In this document: positions 37,646 to 50,612 of the stretch, piece after piece
Position numbering within the stretch: position 1 is the first letter of the stretch
Layout of the letters: every line of letters begins with the position of its first letter
Assembly: GCA_024137785.1 (NCBI GenBank)
Contig: JAHRHZ010000016.1
Coordinates: 37,381,404-37,445,403, forward strand
DNA from: Ginglymostoma cirratum
Lineage: Eukaryota
Direction: 5' to 3'
DNA: 64,000 bases
Notes under the pieces: model-generated
Told to the model about the DNA's origin: nothing
Seen by the model: only the letters and a program-made list of their open reading frames with translations
Databases searched by the model: none
Made by a program: the position numbers and the translations under genes

Positions 37646-37701
37646 CAGAAAGCTTATTTTAGTCACTAGTGTTGAAAATCAAAAAAAAACTTTTGGAACT
37701 G

Positions 37702-37722
37702 ACACACACACACACATACACA
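37702..37722. repeat. (AC)n microsatellite
   Basis: ACACACACACACACATACACA. Confidence 0.8.
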
Positions 37723-38334
37723 GAGTCTCTCTGTCTCCCTCGCTCTTTCACAAGCAATGTTGAGAAGACGAAGACCAAGACCAAGCTGGGTCTTAGTCAG
37801 AAAATATGGCGTAATAGTCCATTAATACCCGATTTTTCTTTTCCCTTACACATAAAAGCTGCACATCAGGGATGGAGTTGCAGTAATATATGGACAGATA
37901 TTTGTCATGCAGAGACTGTGTTGCCTTATCTCATTCACTTATTCCTTGTTTCAGTCTCAGTTCATACACTGTGACCCCCATTGTGGAATAATTGAGAAAG
38001 ACAAGACTATCAGTGGGATGTAACATAGTTTGAAACTGAATCTGTTGAATACAGAATAGTTTATGAAACATTGCATCTTTAAAATGTATTATGGCATGTT
38101 GTGAACTACTTCAGGTACTGAAAACTGACAGAGGTTGAATTCATGAGCTCTGGGGTCATCTTTGCACTGCTATTCCATCAGCAATGTAATTAGGCTGTAT
38201 TGGAAATCCGTGAAGGACTGATAAAAACATATTACTTGATTCCTCGAACTTAGTAAGAAGTTTTTTTTAATCAATCTAAACATTGGACCATTACTGTTTG
38301 GATGCAATTTGATTATATAATCAGGGAACATGTT

Positions 38335-38527
38335 GAATTCTGGAATCTTGCCAGAGTCAAGATTCTGGAGCTTCCTTCCTACTGGCATAGTGGGTCGACC
38401 CACAACAAACAGACGGCAGCAGTTTAAGAAGGCAGCACCACACCACCTTGTCAGGGGCAACTAGGGATGGGCAAGAAATGCTGGCCGAACCAGCAACACT
38501 CATATCCTTTGAATTAATAAAAAAAAA
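38335..38527 (+). mobile_element. L2/Crack-like LINE tail
   Basis: GCAGTTTAAGAAGGCAGCACCACACCACC..GGGCAACTAGGGATGGGCAAGAAATGCTGGCC. Confidence 0.7.
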
Positions 38528-38541
38528 TCAATTTCCTTCCT

Positions 38542-39193
38542 AGATAACAAGCATGGGGCTGGATGAACACAGCAGGTCAAGCAGCATCATAGGAGCAGGA
38601 AAACTTGACGTTTCGGGCCTAAACCCTTCATCAGATTTCTGATGAAGANNNNNNNNNNNNNNNNNNNNNNNNNNNNNNNNNNNNNNNNNNNNNNNNNNNN
38701 NNNNNNNNNNNNNNNNNNNNNNNNNNNNNNNNNNNNNNNNNNNNNNNNNNNNNNNNNNNNNNNNNNNNNNNNNNNNNNNNNNNNNNNNNNNNNNNNNNNN
38801 NNNNNNNNNNNNNNNNNNNNNNNNNNNNNNNNNNNNNNNNNNNNNNNNNNNNNNNNNNNNNNNNNNNNNNNNNNNNNNNNNNNNNNNNNNNNNNNNNNNN
38901 NNNNNNNNNNNNNNNNNNNNNNNNNNNNNNNNNNNNNNNNNNNNNNNNNNNNNNNNNNNNNNNNNNNNNNNNNNNNNNNNNNNNNNNNNNNNNNNNNNNN
39001 NNNNNNNNNNNNNNNNNNNNNNNNNNNNNNNNNNNNNNNNNNNNNNNNTCTTCATCAGAAATCTGATGAAGGGTTTAGGCCCGAAACGTCAAGTTTTCCT
39101 GCTCCTATGATGCTGCTTGACCTGCTGTGTTCATCCAGCCCCATGCTTGTTATCTCGGATTCTCCAGCATCTGCAGTACCTTTTATCTCTGAT
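38542..39193. mobile_element. Palindromic family-A PLE-derived insertion with 14-bp TSD and two divergent hammerhead motifs, spanning a gap
   Basis: TCAATTTCCTTCCT at 38528-38541 and 39194-39207; intact cores at ~38604-38637 (-) and 39063-39093 (+). Confidence 0.9.
38649..39048. other. Assembly gap (400 N) at palindrome centre
   Basis: Run of N; flanks are reverse complements of each other. Confidence 0.95.
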
Positions 39194-40969
39194 TCAATTT
39201 CCTTCCTGTTTTGTTGGTCTGTGTTAATCCAATTAGAATTAATTGGGCTTAAATTGAAAATTTCCTTGAGTGCAAAACATAAGCAAACAGCCACTGTACA
39301 CTTAAATTTCCTTAATGTCCCACACAATTAATGCATTGTTCATACCATTTTTACAATCTATTGGATTTCTCAAACATAATTTCCACTTAAATTTAACTGG
39401 AAACAGGAGGGTCATTTTGGATAGAGGTATTAAGATAAACTGAATGGATTTCCTGACCTCTTGGTGTCTTACTACATTGGCATATGTTACAACTTTTAGC
39501 ATCAGTTGTGGTTGATATGGGGAGCAGTCAATAGTCACTTCTCAGCTGTGATGGAAACTTAACTTGTGCATTACTTCAAGGATAACAGATTTTATTTTGT
39601 GGTATCTGTGAAGGAATGGCATTCACTGTTGACTTTAAAAGAAAGTGCCCACTGACATGGTTTATCATTTTTCCAACAGCAGTTTAAACCTGGTGTGAGG
39701 TCAACAACAGTAATCTCAGCAGACAGATAAACAGCTAATAAAATTGGCTTATTCGTACACAGCAAACATCAATTATTTGATTATTTCAATGATTTTAATT
39801 AGTGAGTGTTTGGATGATTATTTGATATGAATCCTGTTTTTCAACACTGATTGGATTTCTTTTCTAAAAAAAAAAACCCTCCTTAGCTTAAATCAAGCTA
39901 AAAACCTAAAACCCTCAAAACATGGAGTATATCTTTCAAACACCATATTCACCTTTTAGGGAATTAGTTACTATATCTGGTAAATAAAGAATTTAAATTA
40001 CCCAAAGGTTGGGTGCTAGGTGGCAGATGGATGAAGTTTAGGTTAGCAAGTGGATGATGTGGCAGTGTTGGCACATGAGTAGGGAGGCAAGTGGCTAGAG
40101 TCATAGGATGGCAGGTGAGTGGTGAGTCAAGGGGGACTTGGGCTGGGTTGAGGCAAATTGGAGGAAACTGTGATTCAGGTGGAGGCGGAGAGTCAGGGAA
40201 TGTTGGGCCGTGAGTTCCATTTGGACATGAGGGCTTGAGGGGGATTCAGGTGCTGAGGGCAGGTCAAGTCAGGTTTGGGGAGTTGGAGAGTTGTTAGGAG
40301 GTGTAATCGTGGAGCTGTGTAGTGAGATCAGGTCAGAGTGAGTCAAGGGGGTTTAGAAGGAGTCAAAAGGGTGTCAAGAGAAATGGTGGAGAGGAATTTG
40401 GCTGTGTGGTCACTCAGGAGTTAAACTAAGATTTTTCCAATAACGCATCTTGAGTAACTGTGCATTGATGTAAGTTGAAACCACCCAAAGTCTCCAATCA
40501 CTGCCTCCCAATACGCCCCTCACCCCATCCCCAGGTCAATTCTTTTTTGCGGGTCTCGGAGAGCAGAGCTCTCCATCGAAAGCTTAAACTACCAAAGCAA
40601 TTTCCTGTGAAGATTTTGGATTGGGACTACTGTTGTTTCCTGACATGCATCTTAGGGGTGCATTCAATCTCCAACAATCCAGAGACCAGAAAATCTCGGC
40701 CATTTTATTTCACAAATTAAAATGACTTCTTCAGGGACAAGGAGGTTGTTGTATTTTAATTTTGTTTTTGTCTACAGAATGTGGGTATCACAGTCTGGGT
40801 CTGCATTTATTGATTATTCTTTTAATTGCCTTTGAGGAGGTGGTGGTGAGCTGCCTCTTTGAACTTCTGCAGTCCATTTGGTTTAGCAATAGTTATGCAC
40901 TTGATGCCCTCTCAAAAACTCGGCAACGATTTCTGTGGTACTCCACAAGCTGTAGTTCGCCAAAGTAAA

Positions 40970-41520
40970 AATAACCTATTTATCCTATCTCTTTGTTTCC
41001 TATTAGTTAGCCAATCCTCTGTCTTTGCCAATACATCACTCCCAACTGATAAGCTGTTATTCTATAAATTTATCTTTTATGCCCCCACCTTATCAATTAC
41101 CTTTTGGAAATCTAAATACATTACAGCCAAAGGTACTCCTTTATGCCCACTACTTGCGACATCCTCAAAAAACCTTTTGCATTTTTTAAATACATAGTTT
41201 CCCTTTCACAAGACCATGTTAACTTTATCTGATTGTGTTGGGACTTTCTGTCTGTGCTTCTAATACCTCCTTAATAATGGATTCTAGTATTTTGCCAATG
41301 ATGGATGTTCAGCTAACTGGCCTATAATTTCCTACTTTCTGTTTCCTTCTTTTCTTGGGATTACAGTTTGTATTACCCAATATACCAGGACTTTTTTTTA
41401 GAATCTAGGCAATTTTGGAAGATTACAATCAATCCATTCACCATTGCTGGAGTCACTACTTTTAAGATTTGCAGAGGCAGGCCATCAAGTCCAAGAGCTT
41501 GTCAGCCTATAGTTACATGA
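40970..41520 (-). mobile_element. Old CR1 LINE RT fragment
   Basis: GNYRPVS.TS, GLVKG, VGA.KINL and YLDFQK on the minus strand. Confidence 0.65.
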
Positions 41521-41679
41521 ATTGTGTTAATGATTACTTTAACTCCTGTGTCCATTTTTTTTAAACTTTGGGATACTTCTGTCCCCTCTAATCGCAATAG
41601 TAATGATCATAATGTCAGAAGGTTCAGTGCTAGAATTGCGAGTGGCGTAAGCAGGGCAGAGACTAAAGTAATGCTTGAG

Positions 41680-42200
41680 GAGAGATTATTGACAAACTAG
41701 CAAAACTAAAAGAGGATAAAACCCGAATTCAAATAATATGCATCCATGCATAGTCAAGGAAACTAGGGAGTAGATAATAATAGACATGCTCCTTTATATG
41801 TACAAAAGTTGCTTAGAACTAGAGAACTGTCAGAGAGACAATGTCATTCCTGTATGGAAAAGAGAGATAAAATTAAAACCCAAGAGTTATCATCTAGTCA
41901 AAGATAACAGAAGTATTTGACTCTAACAAAAGAATCTTCAGCAGTGATTCCAAAAGGTTACCAGCTGAATAAAATACCGAAAACATAATGGAAAATGTAA
42001 ACAAGGGTAATGCAATGGCTATCATATGCTCAGATCTTCAAAGAACCTTTAACAAAGTACAACAGAACAGTTTCATAACAAAGATTACAGAAATGGAATC
42101 GGAGATAAGTAACAGAGTAGGTTGCAAATTGGTTAAAATTGTGGAAAGCAGAGAACAGGAAGTAATGGGTATCATACAAAGCACTTCGAGAGTCTATGTT
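41680..42200 (+). mobile_element. Very old CR1 LINE RT fragment (continues at ~44120-44520)
   Basis: KLKEDKT..N.MHP, NVIPV.K, KGNAMAIICSDLQRTFNKV. Confidence 0.55.
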
Positions 42201-42289
42201 GACTTGTCAACCAGCAGTTTTACATGCATGTTACAGTCTGAAACCATAGATAGTGATGATAGAAGCTCCAATATCCTTTCCATCACATA

Positions 42290-42465
42290 GCTAACAAAGA
42301 ATTTCCTCCTCTTATCTGCTATTGGTATACGTTGGGAGCATTTTGAATGTTGACATCAACCCATCTCTCTGTGTCCTAAATGCTCTTTATTTAGCTATCA
42401 TGTCCTGGAATGGACTTCAAGCCTAGAGCTTCCGGTTCAGAGACATGACATTGACCACTGCATTA
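42290..42465 (-). mobile_element. Degenerate tRNA-derived SINE
   Basis: Minus strand GCAGTGGTCAATGTC..CTGAACCGGAAGCTCTAGGCTTGAAGTCCA (A/B-box-like). Confidence 0.4.
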
Positions 42466-42619
42466 CTCCTCAAAACATTAAGTAAAAATAATTATCTGAA
42501 TGGAGAAAGGAGACAACACCTTTCCATGAGCCTGTGCAAGGCCAACTATTATGCACGATTTAACATAGCAATTTTGATTTAGGAATAAATAACTCCTTAT
42601 AAAATTTGTAGGTAATTAG

Positions 42620-44065
42620 GAGTCACTGAAGTCCCAGGAAAGGTCCCAGACAACTGGAAAATGTCTAATGTAACACTCCTGTTTAAGAAAGGAGGAAGAG
42701 AGAAACATGGAAATTTATGGGCTGGTTAGCCTGACCTCAGTCTTTGATAAGATTTTAAATGATGACATTGTGGAGTCATTGGATGTGAATGCTAAAATAG
42801 GGTTTAGTCAACACTGTTTTGTCAAGGGGAGGTCACGCCTGGAAAATCTGTTAGAAGTCTGAGGCGGTAAGGAGCACGTTAGAGAAAAGAGAGCCAGTGG
42901 ACACTAATCCTAACCTGATTTGGATTTCAATAAAGCCTTTGACAAGGTTTCACATAGGAGGCTAAGCAATAAAGTAAGACTCCCTGGTGTTAGGGATAAG
43001 GCACTGGCATGGATAGAGGATTGACTGACTGGTGGAAGCAGAGAGTGTGGATCAGTATGACAGTCAGTGACTAGTGGAGTTCCACAGGGGTCGGTGTTCG
43101 TTCCACAACTTTTCACATTATACATTAACAAGCTGAATGAAAAAAACTGAGTATATTGTTGCTAAGTTTGCAGGTGATACAAATAGATAGATGGAGGGAC
43201 GGGTAGCATTGAGGAGGCAAGAAGGTTGCCAAAGAACTTAGTCAGGCTTAGAAAGTGGACAAAGAAGTGGCAGCTGGAATATAATGTGGGTAAGTGTGAG
43301 GCCATGTACTTCGTAGGAAAAATAGAGGCATAAACTATTTTCTAAAAGGGAAAAGACCTTGGCAATCTGAAGCACAAAGGGACTTAGGAGCCCTAGATCA
43401 GGACTCTCTTCAGGTTAACCAGCAGGTTCAGTTATCAGTTAGGAAAGTAAATGCAATGTAAGCATTCATTTTGAGAGGGCGAGAATACAACAGCAGAGAT
43501 GTACTCCTGAGGTTATGTAAGTCTCTGGTCAGATTGCATTTGGAATATTGTGAGCAGTTTAGGGCCCCATATCTGACGAAGGATGTGCTGGTCTTGGGGA
43601 ATCTAGAGGAGTTTACAAGAATGATCCTGGGGATGAAGGGCTTGTCATATGAGGAACAGTTGAAGACTCTGGGTCTGCACTTGGACTTTAGAAAGACGAG
43701 GGGGGATCACAATGAAGCTTAAGAGAATATTGAAAGAATAAAGTGGAATTTGAGAGGATGCTTCCACCTGTGGGGTACACTAGAACACAATGGCACAGCC
43801 TCCGAGTGAAGAGATGACCTTTCAGATCTAGGATGAGGTGGAATTTCTTTTGCCAGAGAGTAGCGAATTTGTGGAACTCATCGTCACAAGGCTATGGAGG
43901 CCAAGTCATTGAGCATCTTTACCCAACATAGATAGGTCTTGATTAGTAAGGAGATTAAAGGTTATGGGAAGACGGCAGGACAATAGGATTGAGAAATATA
44001 TCAGCCATGATCGAATGGTGGAGCAGACCCAAATGGCCAAGCGGCCTAATTTTGATCCTCTTTAG
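42620..44065 (+). mobile_element. CR1 LINE RT and 3' end
   Basis: VPDNWKMSNVTLLFKKG, LDFNKAFDKVSH, SGVPQGSV, KFAGDT, LVRLHLEYCEQF. Confidence 0.92.
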
Positions 44066-44531
44066 TATTTTCAAAACAATAGCTAAAATTAAGAGTAAAG
44101 GCAATATAAGAGAAGAAAATATCAAAAAACTTGCAGACTGGGCAGTGACATGAAAAGTTAATATTAATATAGATAACTGTGGGGTGGTGTGTTTTGGAAG
44201 GATAAATATTGTGTGCACCTTAGAAAATAAGAAGTTGCCTGAGCAGAGCAACAAAAAAAACCAAGGTTAGGGAAATAAATATTAAAAGTAGCATTGTATT
44301 TTAATGTTTAATTCAAAATACTAGCAGAGCACTAGGAATTATTTCTAGGCTGACATTATTCAAATATATTGAAGATATGTTAAACGTGTATACGGCCAAA
44401 TTAAGAGTGGATTATTCTGATTTCTGTACTATGAAAAGAACTTAGAAACACTGGAAAAATAAAAAAAATTTGGTTGGGTTGAGAATAGAAACATTAAGCT
44501 ATTGTGCCAGATTGAACAGGTTGAGCTTTTT

Positions 44532-44862
44532 TATAGAATCATGGAATCACTACAGTACAGATAGAGTCCATTCAGCCCATCATGTCCTCACTGTCCCTCC
44601 AAAGTGCATTTCATCCAGATTGCACCCCAAACCCATTCCCCGCCCACTCCATTCCTGTAACCCTGTATTTATCATAGCTAACCACCTAGCGTGCAAAGCT
44701 ATTCAATAATGTATAACCTAGCCTGCACATCCTTGGACATGACAGGCAATTTACCATGGCCACTCCACCTAACCTGCACAACTTTGGGCTGTGGGAGGAA
44801 ACTGGAGCACCCAATGGAGACCCACTCAGACACAAGGAGAATGTGTAAACTTGATACAGTCA
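44532..44862 (-). mobile_element. HE1-like V-SINE
   Basis: ATAGAATCATGGAATC tail, ACCTAACCTGCAC, TGTGGGAGGAAACTGGAGCACCC, GGAGAATGTGTAAACT. Confidence 0.8.
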
Positions 44863-45931
44863 ATAATTACAACATAGTTGTTAATACATCGGCTGGAGTT
44901 TTAATGAGAAATTTGGGTGGTTAATATGTAGAATTCACAGCCTTAGGAAGTACATGAGGTAAATAGCTTTCAAATAGAAACTGCACAAGTGCGTGAGTGA
45001 AAAGAGATTAGAAGGATTACTAAAAGGTGGATGGAATGGAGGAGCTTGTGGAAAACAAACACTAATCGCAGGCACCTCATGATTCATCACAGAAGGAGGC
45101 TACTTAGCCAATTGTCCTCTGCAAGCTCTTTAGCAAAGCTATTCAATTTTTCTATTCTTTCTTCATAGCTCTATAACTGCATTCATTCCAAGTATTTGCC
45201 CAATTTCCTCCCAGATGTAACTTTTAAATTAGCTTTTAATACACTTTCTTTGCATAATTGTATGTTTCCCCTGAATATCATGTTTTGTTTGCCGAACACC
45301 TTTAAAGTTTGTGTGAAGTCTATTCATCCTAATATTTCTCCATATTTCCTATATATGTTGCAGAAATTGAAATGGATGAAAAGAAACAAAAAGATAATTT
45401 AAATTGTCAGCAAATGAATTGTATTAATTAAATATCAACTCTGCTGTCAAGGATATGAGCTCTTGTTCATTTAATATCATAAGTATAAATATGAAACACA
45501 AATCAGGACTGAAATGTGAAAAAATAGAGTTTTTATACGATGCAGATAAGCTGCAAAATAAAGTCATTGTTACCATTGACTCTAGGGTTTTGGTAACCTT
45601 TAAAATTAATTTACAAAAAGCTTTGCTTGCTGCTTTTCATTGAGCCTATTCAGAGGTAAATGTCTGATTTATACCAAGGAGATTAGCTTGCTAGCTCAAA
45701 ACACATCTACCATCTACAGTTCTGTTAGAGGTAGATTTTTAAATAATGCATTTTCTACAATTTTGATTTTCTCTGGTTGGCTAAACTTAATGAATTAATT
45801 GTATTTGCATGATAATTCATTGTGCTCTGCTTCCCTATAAGAAGATATTTGAATTTTAGGAACAGGCAGAACTGTGTAACTGTCCACCAAATTGACAACG
45901 CAGCGTTTGAAGTTTCTAAAAAACAGACAAT

Positions 45932-45945
45932 TTTGCCATGGCAAC
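45932..45945. promoter_or_regulatory. Candidate RFX X-box
   Basis: TTTGCCATGGCAAC, 13/14 match to the palindrome GTTGCCATGGCAAC, in non-repeat DNA. Confidence 0.35.
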
Positions 45946-46344
45946 ACACAATTTTCAGAGTTGCACATGGATTTGCAAAATTGACATGTTATGTAAATCA
46001 TGATGGTTATCCCATCATCAACTGTGCTTAATGTTGAAAATGTTAGCTTGGAAAGTAAAGACCTGGCCGCACCATGTTGTATTTTCACCTGATAGCCAAT
46101 AATTTGCTGGAAAATGTCTTGGGAGAGAAATTTATTTATGTGGTACCACTTCTGGCTGTGCTAACTTCTGCCAATCACATCAATGAAGAATGCTATGCAA
46201 GTTCTAAAGTCAAATAATGGCTGTGTTGACCCTGATGAATCAGCACAGTCTGTATTTCACTACTTAGGAATGAACCTCTTCTCCCTTTTTGGTTCAAAGT
46301 GACTGCTGTTCAGTAACAGCAACTTCCTACCTATACAATTTAAG

Positions 46345-46740
46345 TGAGTCAGTTTGTAGTCAGTGTTAGCACTCTCCCTTATGATTCAAAATATTGTACA
46401 TTTAAGCATGACTCCATTGTCTTGAAATGTAATCTAGGGTAACATTTAGTACAGCACTGAGGGTACTCTGAAGTCAAATTTTTTAGATGCTGTGTAAACC
46501 TGATTCCGACTGTCCTGACAGGAGTATGGAATTGATCCCATGGCATTATCCGAAGTAGTAGTTTAAAAAAAGATCCTGGTCATTTAATGAATTGCTGTTT
46601 ATGGAAACTTGCTGTTCGTAAATTGGCTGCTATGTATCTTACGTCACGGCAGTAATTACAATTCAACAATAATTAATTGGGTAAAACATAATTTGGTATA
46701 TCCTGGCAATATGCAAGGTACTTTATAAATGCAAACTGTC
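46345..46740 (+). mobile_element. Ancient DeuSINE-like element (SacSINE1/AmnSINE type)
   Basis: CAGCACTGAGGG, GATCCCATGGCATTAT, TTGCTGTTTATGGAAACTTGCTGTTCGTAAATTGGCTGC, tail AAGGTACTTTATAAATGCAA. Confidence 0.6.
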
Positions 46741-47259
46741 TGGTCCAGGTTTTTGCCACAACAAAGACAAAAAAGAACCTGTTCCCTACCCCTGGAATCA
46801 ATATTTCCCATTTTCATTGAACAAGGTAAGGGGGGGAGGGGGGTGGGTGTGTGGGAGTGGAGTGGGCCTTGATTCACATGTGCTGTTTGCAGAGGAAGCT
46901 GTTTGTTTAAATTATCATTGCTTCCAGTCACATTGGATTTTGGTGCCCATGGTGTTTGGAACGCAGAGAGTGGAGATAGCCCAATTAAGAGCAGATATGT
47001 TCTTAGTGTTTTCTTTTGGGCAAGCCAGTGTATTCCTTTTGAAAGTTGAGATATCACTGTGAATCTGACTGCAGGACACCATTTTGTTTCCTGCTTGAAG
47101 TGTAAACAGTGGCCTCCTTAAGTTCTGTTGAAATTAATGAATGAGGTTTCAATATAGAGTCAGAACTAATTACTGATTTGCTGCACGGTATCCCAACAGT
47201 GTTTCTCCCAGCACAGTGTACAAAAAAAAAAGTAACCACAGCTGTAAACCAGTGTAGGG

Positions 47260-49570
47260 CATTTCAGTGGTGACAGTGCAAGACAGCTCTGCAGCAGTTT
47301 CTGCAAGTAAGTTAAAGAAACAAGACAAATACAAATCAACAGTTCCCAAAAAGGAGAATAAAATACTCAACATGGATTGGTAAACCACTGACTTTGTAGA
47401 AAAGTTACAATTATTTAAGCAAAGACTGAAACTCAACTTCATTGACCAATAAAACAAAACCATGAAAACAGTCAAACTCCCGATTGTTCTCGAAATTGAA
47501 GATTAAAGAATGGATATTTCCTCAGGTCTCTCCAACAATGACCCGGAAGACCCTGAAGACATATTTAATCCTATAGAGATGCAACTGAAAGTGATGGTAA
47601 ACATCAGAATTCACAGATTAAAATTTATGTTCAATAGGTACCAACCAAGTGAAATAATTGACTAATTTGTTAGCAGATGTTGATGTAAAAGTGCAGAATA
47701 TGACTTTACTGAAGATGAACTGGCTAAAAGATTTTCGGTATTGTTAATAGCTTCAATAGCAATCAAGTGATTCTGGAACACAATCTGTGATAAAAGTGAG
47801 CTATTGACACTTTATTAGAAGATGAATGAATGTTCAAAACCATTTTTAGAGGGAAGCAATATCTTCGAGTTCTTGACTGCAGCAGTAATAGTATGAGTAA
47901 ACAAGTTCAATATGCCACTCAAGATATGCATGAAATCTCATTCACCAAAGCAGTGGACTGCATTCTATGACACATGCAAGTTGTGCTCAACAAAGAGGCG
48001 ATGGACAAAATTGTGCAGAAAATCTAATTGTCAGGAAAAACTAAAGCTGCAGCAAAAAGTTCAACAGCATCAACAAATGAAAGGACTTCAACTAAAGTCA
48101 ATACAAAAATATCACCAAAGTTACATCCTAGCTAAGGTATGGATGATGTTCGGGGATTACTTGGAAGACAAACAGCTTCCTGATCCAAACCAAAGTTTAC
48201 ATATGCCTGATTTGACACACCACATTAACAATGTTGTTCACCACAATTGAGATTATGTGTCTCAGGAAAAAGGTACAATGTGAATTGCAAATCAAAATTG
48301 ACACAGGTTTGAGTGCTAACAATATCCTATTGCACATCCTAGATGAGGTATTTATGTAAAAATGGCACAGTCAGTGAACCGACTGACAAGCTCACTGCTT
48401 CTAATGGATCAGAGATTCCATCTATTGGCATTGATACACTCAAATATCAATGTTTAGTTTTTCTTTGCTGAATGAACATGTGAAACTTTCTATATTAGCA
48501 AAACAAGTGGTCCAACTGTTGGTGATGTACCCAGACATCCACACCATTATGATCTATTAGGTAGAAAAAACATCTGCAATGACACCAGGATCACAGACAG
48601 AAGAATTTATGTCATTTACTTTGGTCATAACCAAGTGGAACAAAGTCATCATGCTATATCAGATGATGACAGGCTACAATGGTCCAGGATGCATGATCAT
48701 TTGCAGGCAGCCTTAACATATTTAAGCAGGTTTCTGACAAAATGATGGTACACATCTGTGTAGCCATGTAAAGATGAGCCAACCCTATTGAGAAACATCG
48801 TTTTCATGGGAAACTGAGCTTAGGTGCTCAAAATTTTGCATCAAGACATGTGAATGGTCTCTACATTGGTCATGTGGTGTTGAAAAAGAAATATGCTTGT
48901 TGGTCCGACATCAACAAAAACATAAACTGATTGAGACAATTGTGCAAAGTATGTCAACTTCATCAAAACTAACAGCATTATGAAATACTTTTTGCTGTAA
49001 AAAAAAATCCCTCTGAACCTTGCTAGACACCAAATGCAGAACCAAGACTTATATATTGGTGACAGGCTACTTCACCAAATTTCCTTTCGTCGAGCACATC
49101 AAAGATGCTGTCAGTACCACATGTGAAGTGTTATCATCAGCATATTTTGCAACTTGCAGCAGATCATGTCAAACAACAACCCTCAGTATGCTGGTAAAAC
49201 ATTCCAAGATATGTATAGTAAATGGAGATTTCAACATATCCCATCATCTCGGCATTGCCTATAATGTAGTGATCTGGCAGAAAGCACTGCAAGCAGAGTA
49301 AAAGTAATGGTCACAAAGTGTAAAGCAACTTGTCAAGACTTCAGGATTGTCACATTGCACTTGTCAGGAACACCTCAAGGCAAGATCCTAACTTCATCTG
49401 CAACTATTATGCTCAGAAGACAGAAGAGTTCTTCCATCTCCCATGCTTCCTACCCAACCAGAAGCGCATGATTCTTATTGGAAGGACTGAGAGAATGATG
49501 TAAAAACATGATCAAGAGCATGTAGACATTATTTCAACTTCATCTAGATCAAAACATAGGAAAATGAGAC
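47260..49570 (+). mobile_element. Degenerate Ty3/Gypsy LTR retrotransposon internal region (gag, protease, integrase remnants)
   Basis: gag-like MDW.TTDFVEKLQLFKQR (47372); protease KIDTGLSAN (~48295); integrase CKVCQLHQ (~48940), YILVT(D)YFTKFPFV and WRFQHIPSSRH..LAE. Confidence 0.8.
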
Positions 49571-49696
49571 AATGACGGCAACACTTGGATCAGTGGGAGG
49601 CTACTGAGACAATGTAAGTGGGGTTGGTTCATCTCCTATAAGTATCTTGTAATCCTCAGGAAAGTCAGTCAGTCAACCAACCTGCTACATTGGGAC

Positions 49697-50612
49697 TTAG
49701 AGTTACATGGCACGGAAGTAGGCCATTGGAGCCAACTTATTTGAGCCAAAGAGATATCTCAATCTGATCTAGTCCCATTTGCCAGCATTTGGCCCAAAAT
49801 CCCTCTAAACTGTGCCTAAGCATCCATTCAAATACCTTTTAAATGTTGTAACTTTGTACATCTCCACCACTTCCCCTGGCAGCTAATTCCACACATTCAT
49901 CACCCTCTGCATGAAAAAGTTACCCCTCAAGTTCTTTTTAAATCTTTCCCTTCCATCTTAAACCTATGTCCTCTAGGCTTGGACTCTCCAACCTGAGGAA
50001 AAAGTCCTTGGCTGTTTACACTATCTATGCCCTCATGATTTTATAAACTTCTATATGGTCACCCCTCAGCTACCTATGCTTTAGTGAAAAAAGTTCCATC
50101 CCATCCAACGTCTCCTTATAACTCAAACCCTCCAGTCCCAGAAACATCCTGGGAAATATTTTCTGCATGCTCTCCAATTTAATAATATCCTTCCTTCGGC
50201 AGAGCGACCAGAACTGTACACAATTCTCCAAAAGTGGCCTCACTAATGTCCTGCACATCTACAACATGATGTCCCAAATCCTATGCACAATGGTCTGAGC
50301 AATGAAGGCAAGCATACTGTCTACCTCTGGTACTCAGGAACTATGTACCTGAACCCCTCAGTCTGTCTGTTCGACAACACTATCCACGGCCCTACCATTA
50401 ACTCCATAAGTCCTGTCCTTTTTTTTGTCTTACTGAAATGCAATACATCCCATTTATCAAAAGTAAATTCCATCTGCCACTCCCCAGCCCACTGGCCCAA
50501 TTGATCAAGATCCCTTTATAATCTTGGATAACCTTTTTCACTATCAGCCATACCACCAATTTTGGCATCATCTGCAAACTTACTAACCATGCCTCCTAAA
50601 TTCTCATCCACA
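49697..50612 (-). mobile_element. CR1 LINE 3' portion
   Basis: SKFADDAKIGG, RTLVRPLLENCVQFWS, GLEGLSYKE. Confidence 0.92.

Noticed and set aside
39990-40420. G/purine-rich tracts (also 2320-2510 and 56480-56790) as functional G-quadruplex elements
   Set aside because: Low-complexity sequence, probably interiors of old unclassified repeats; no supporting context
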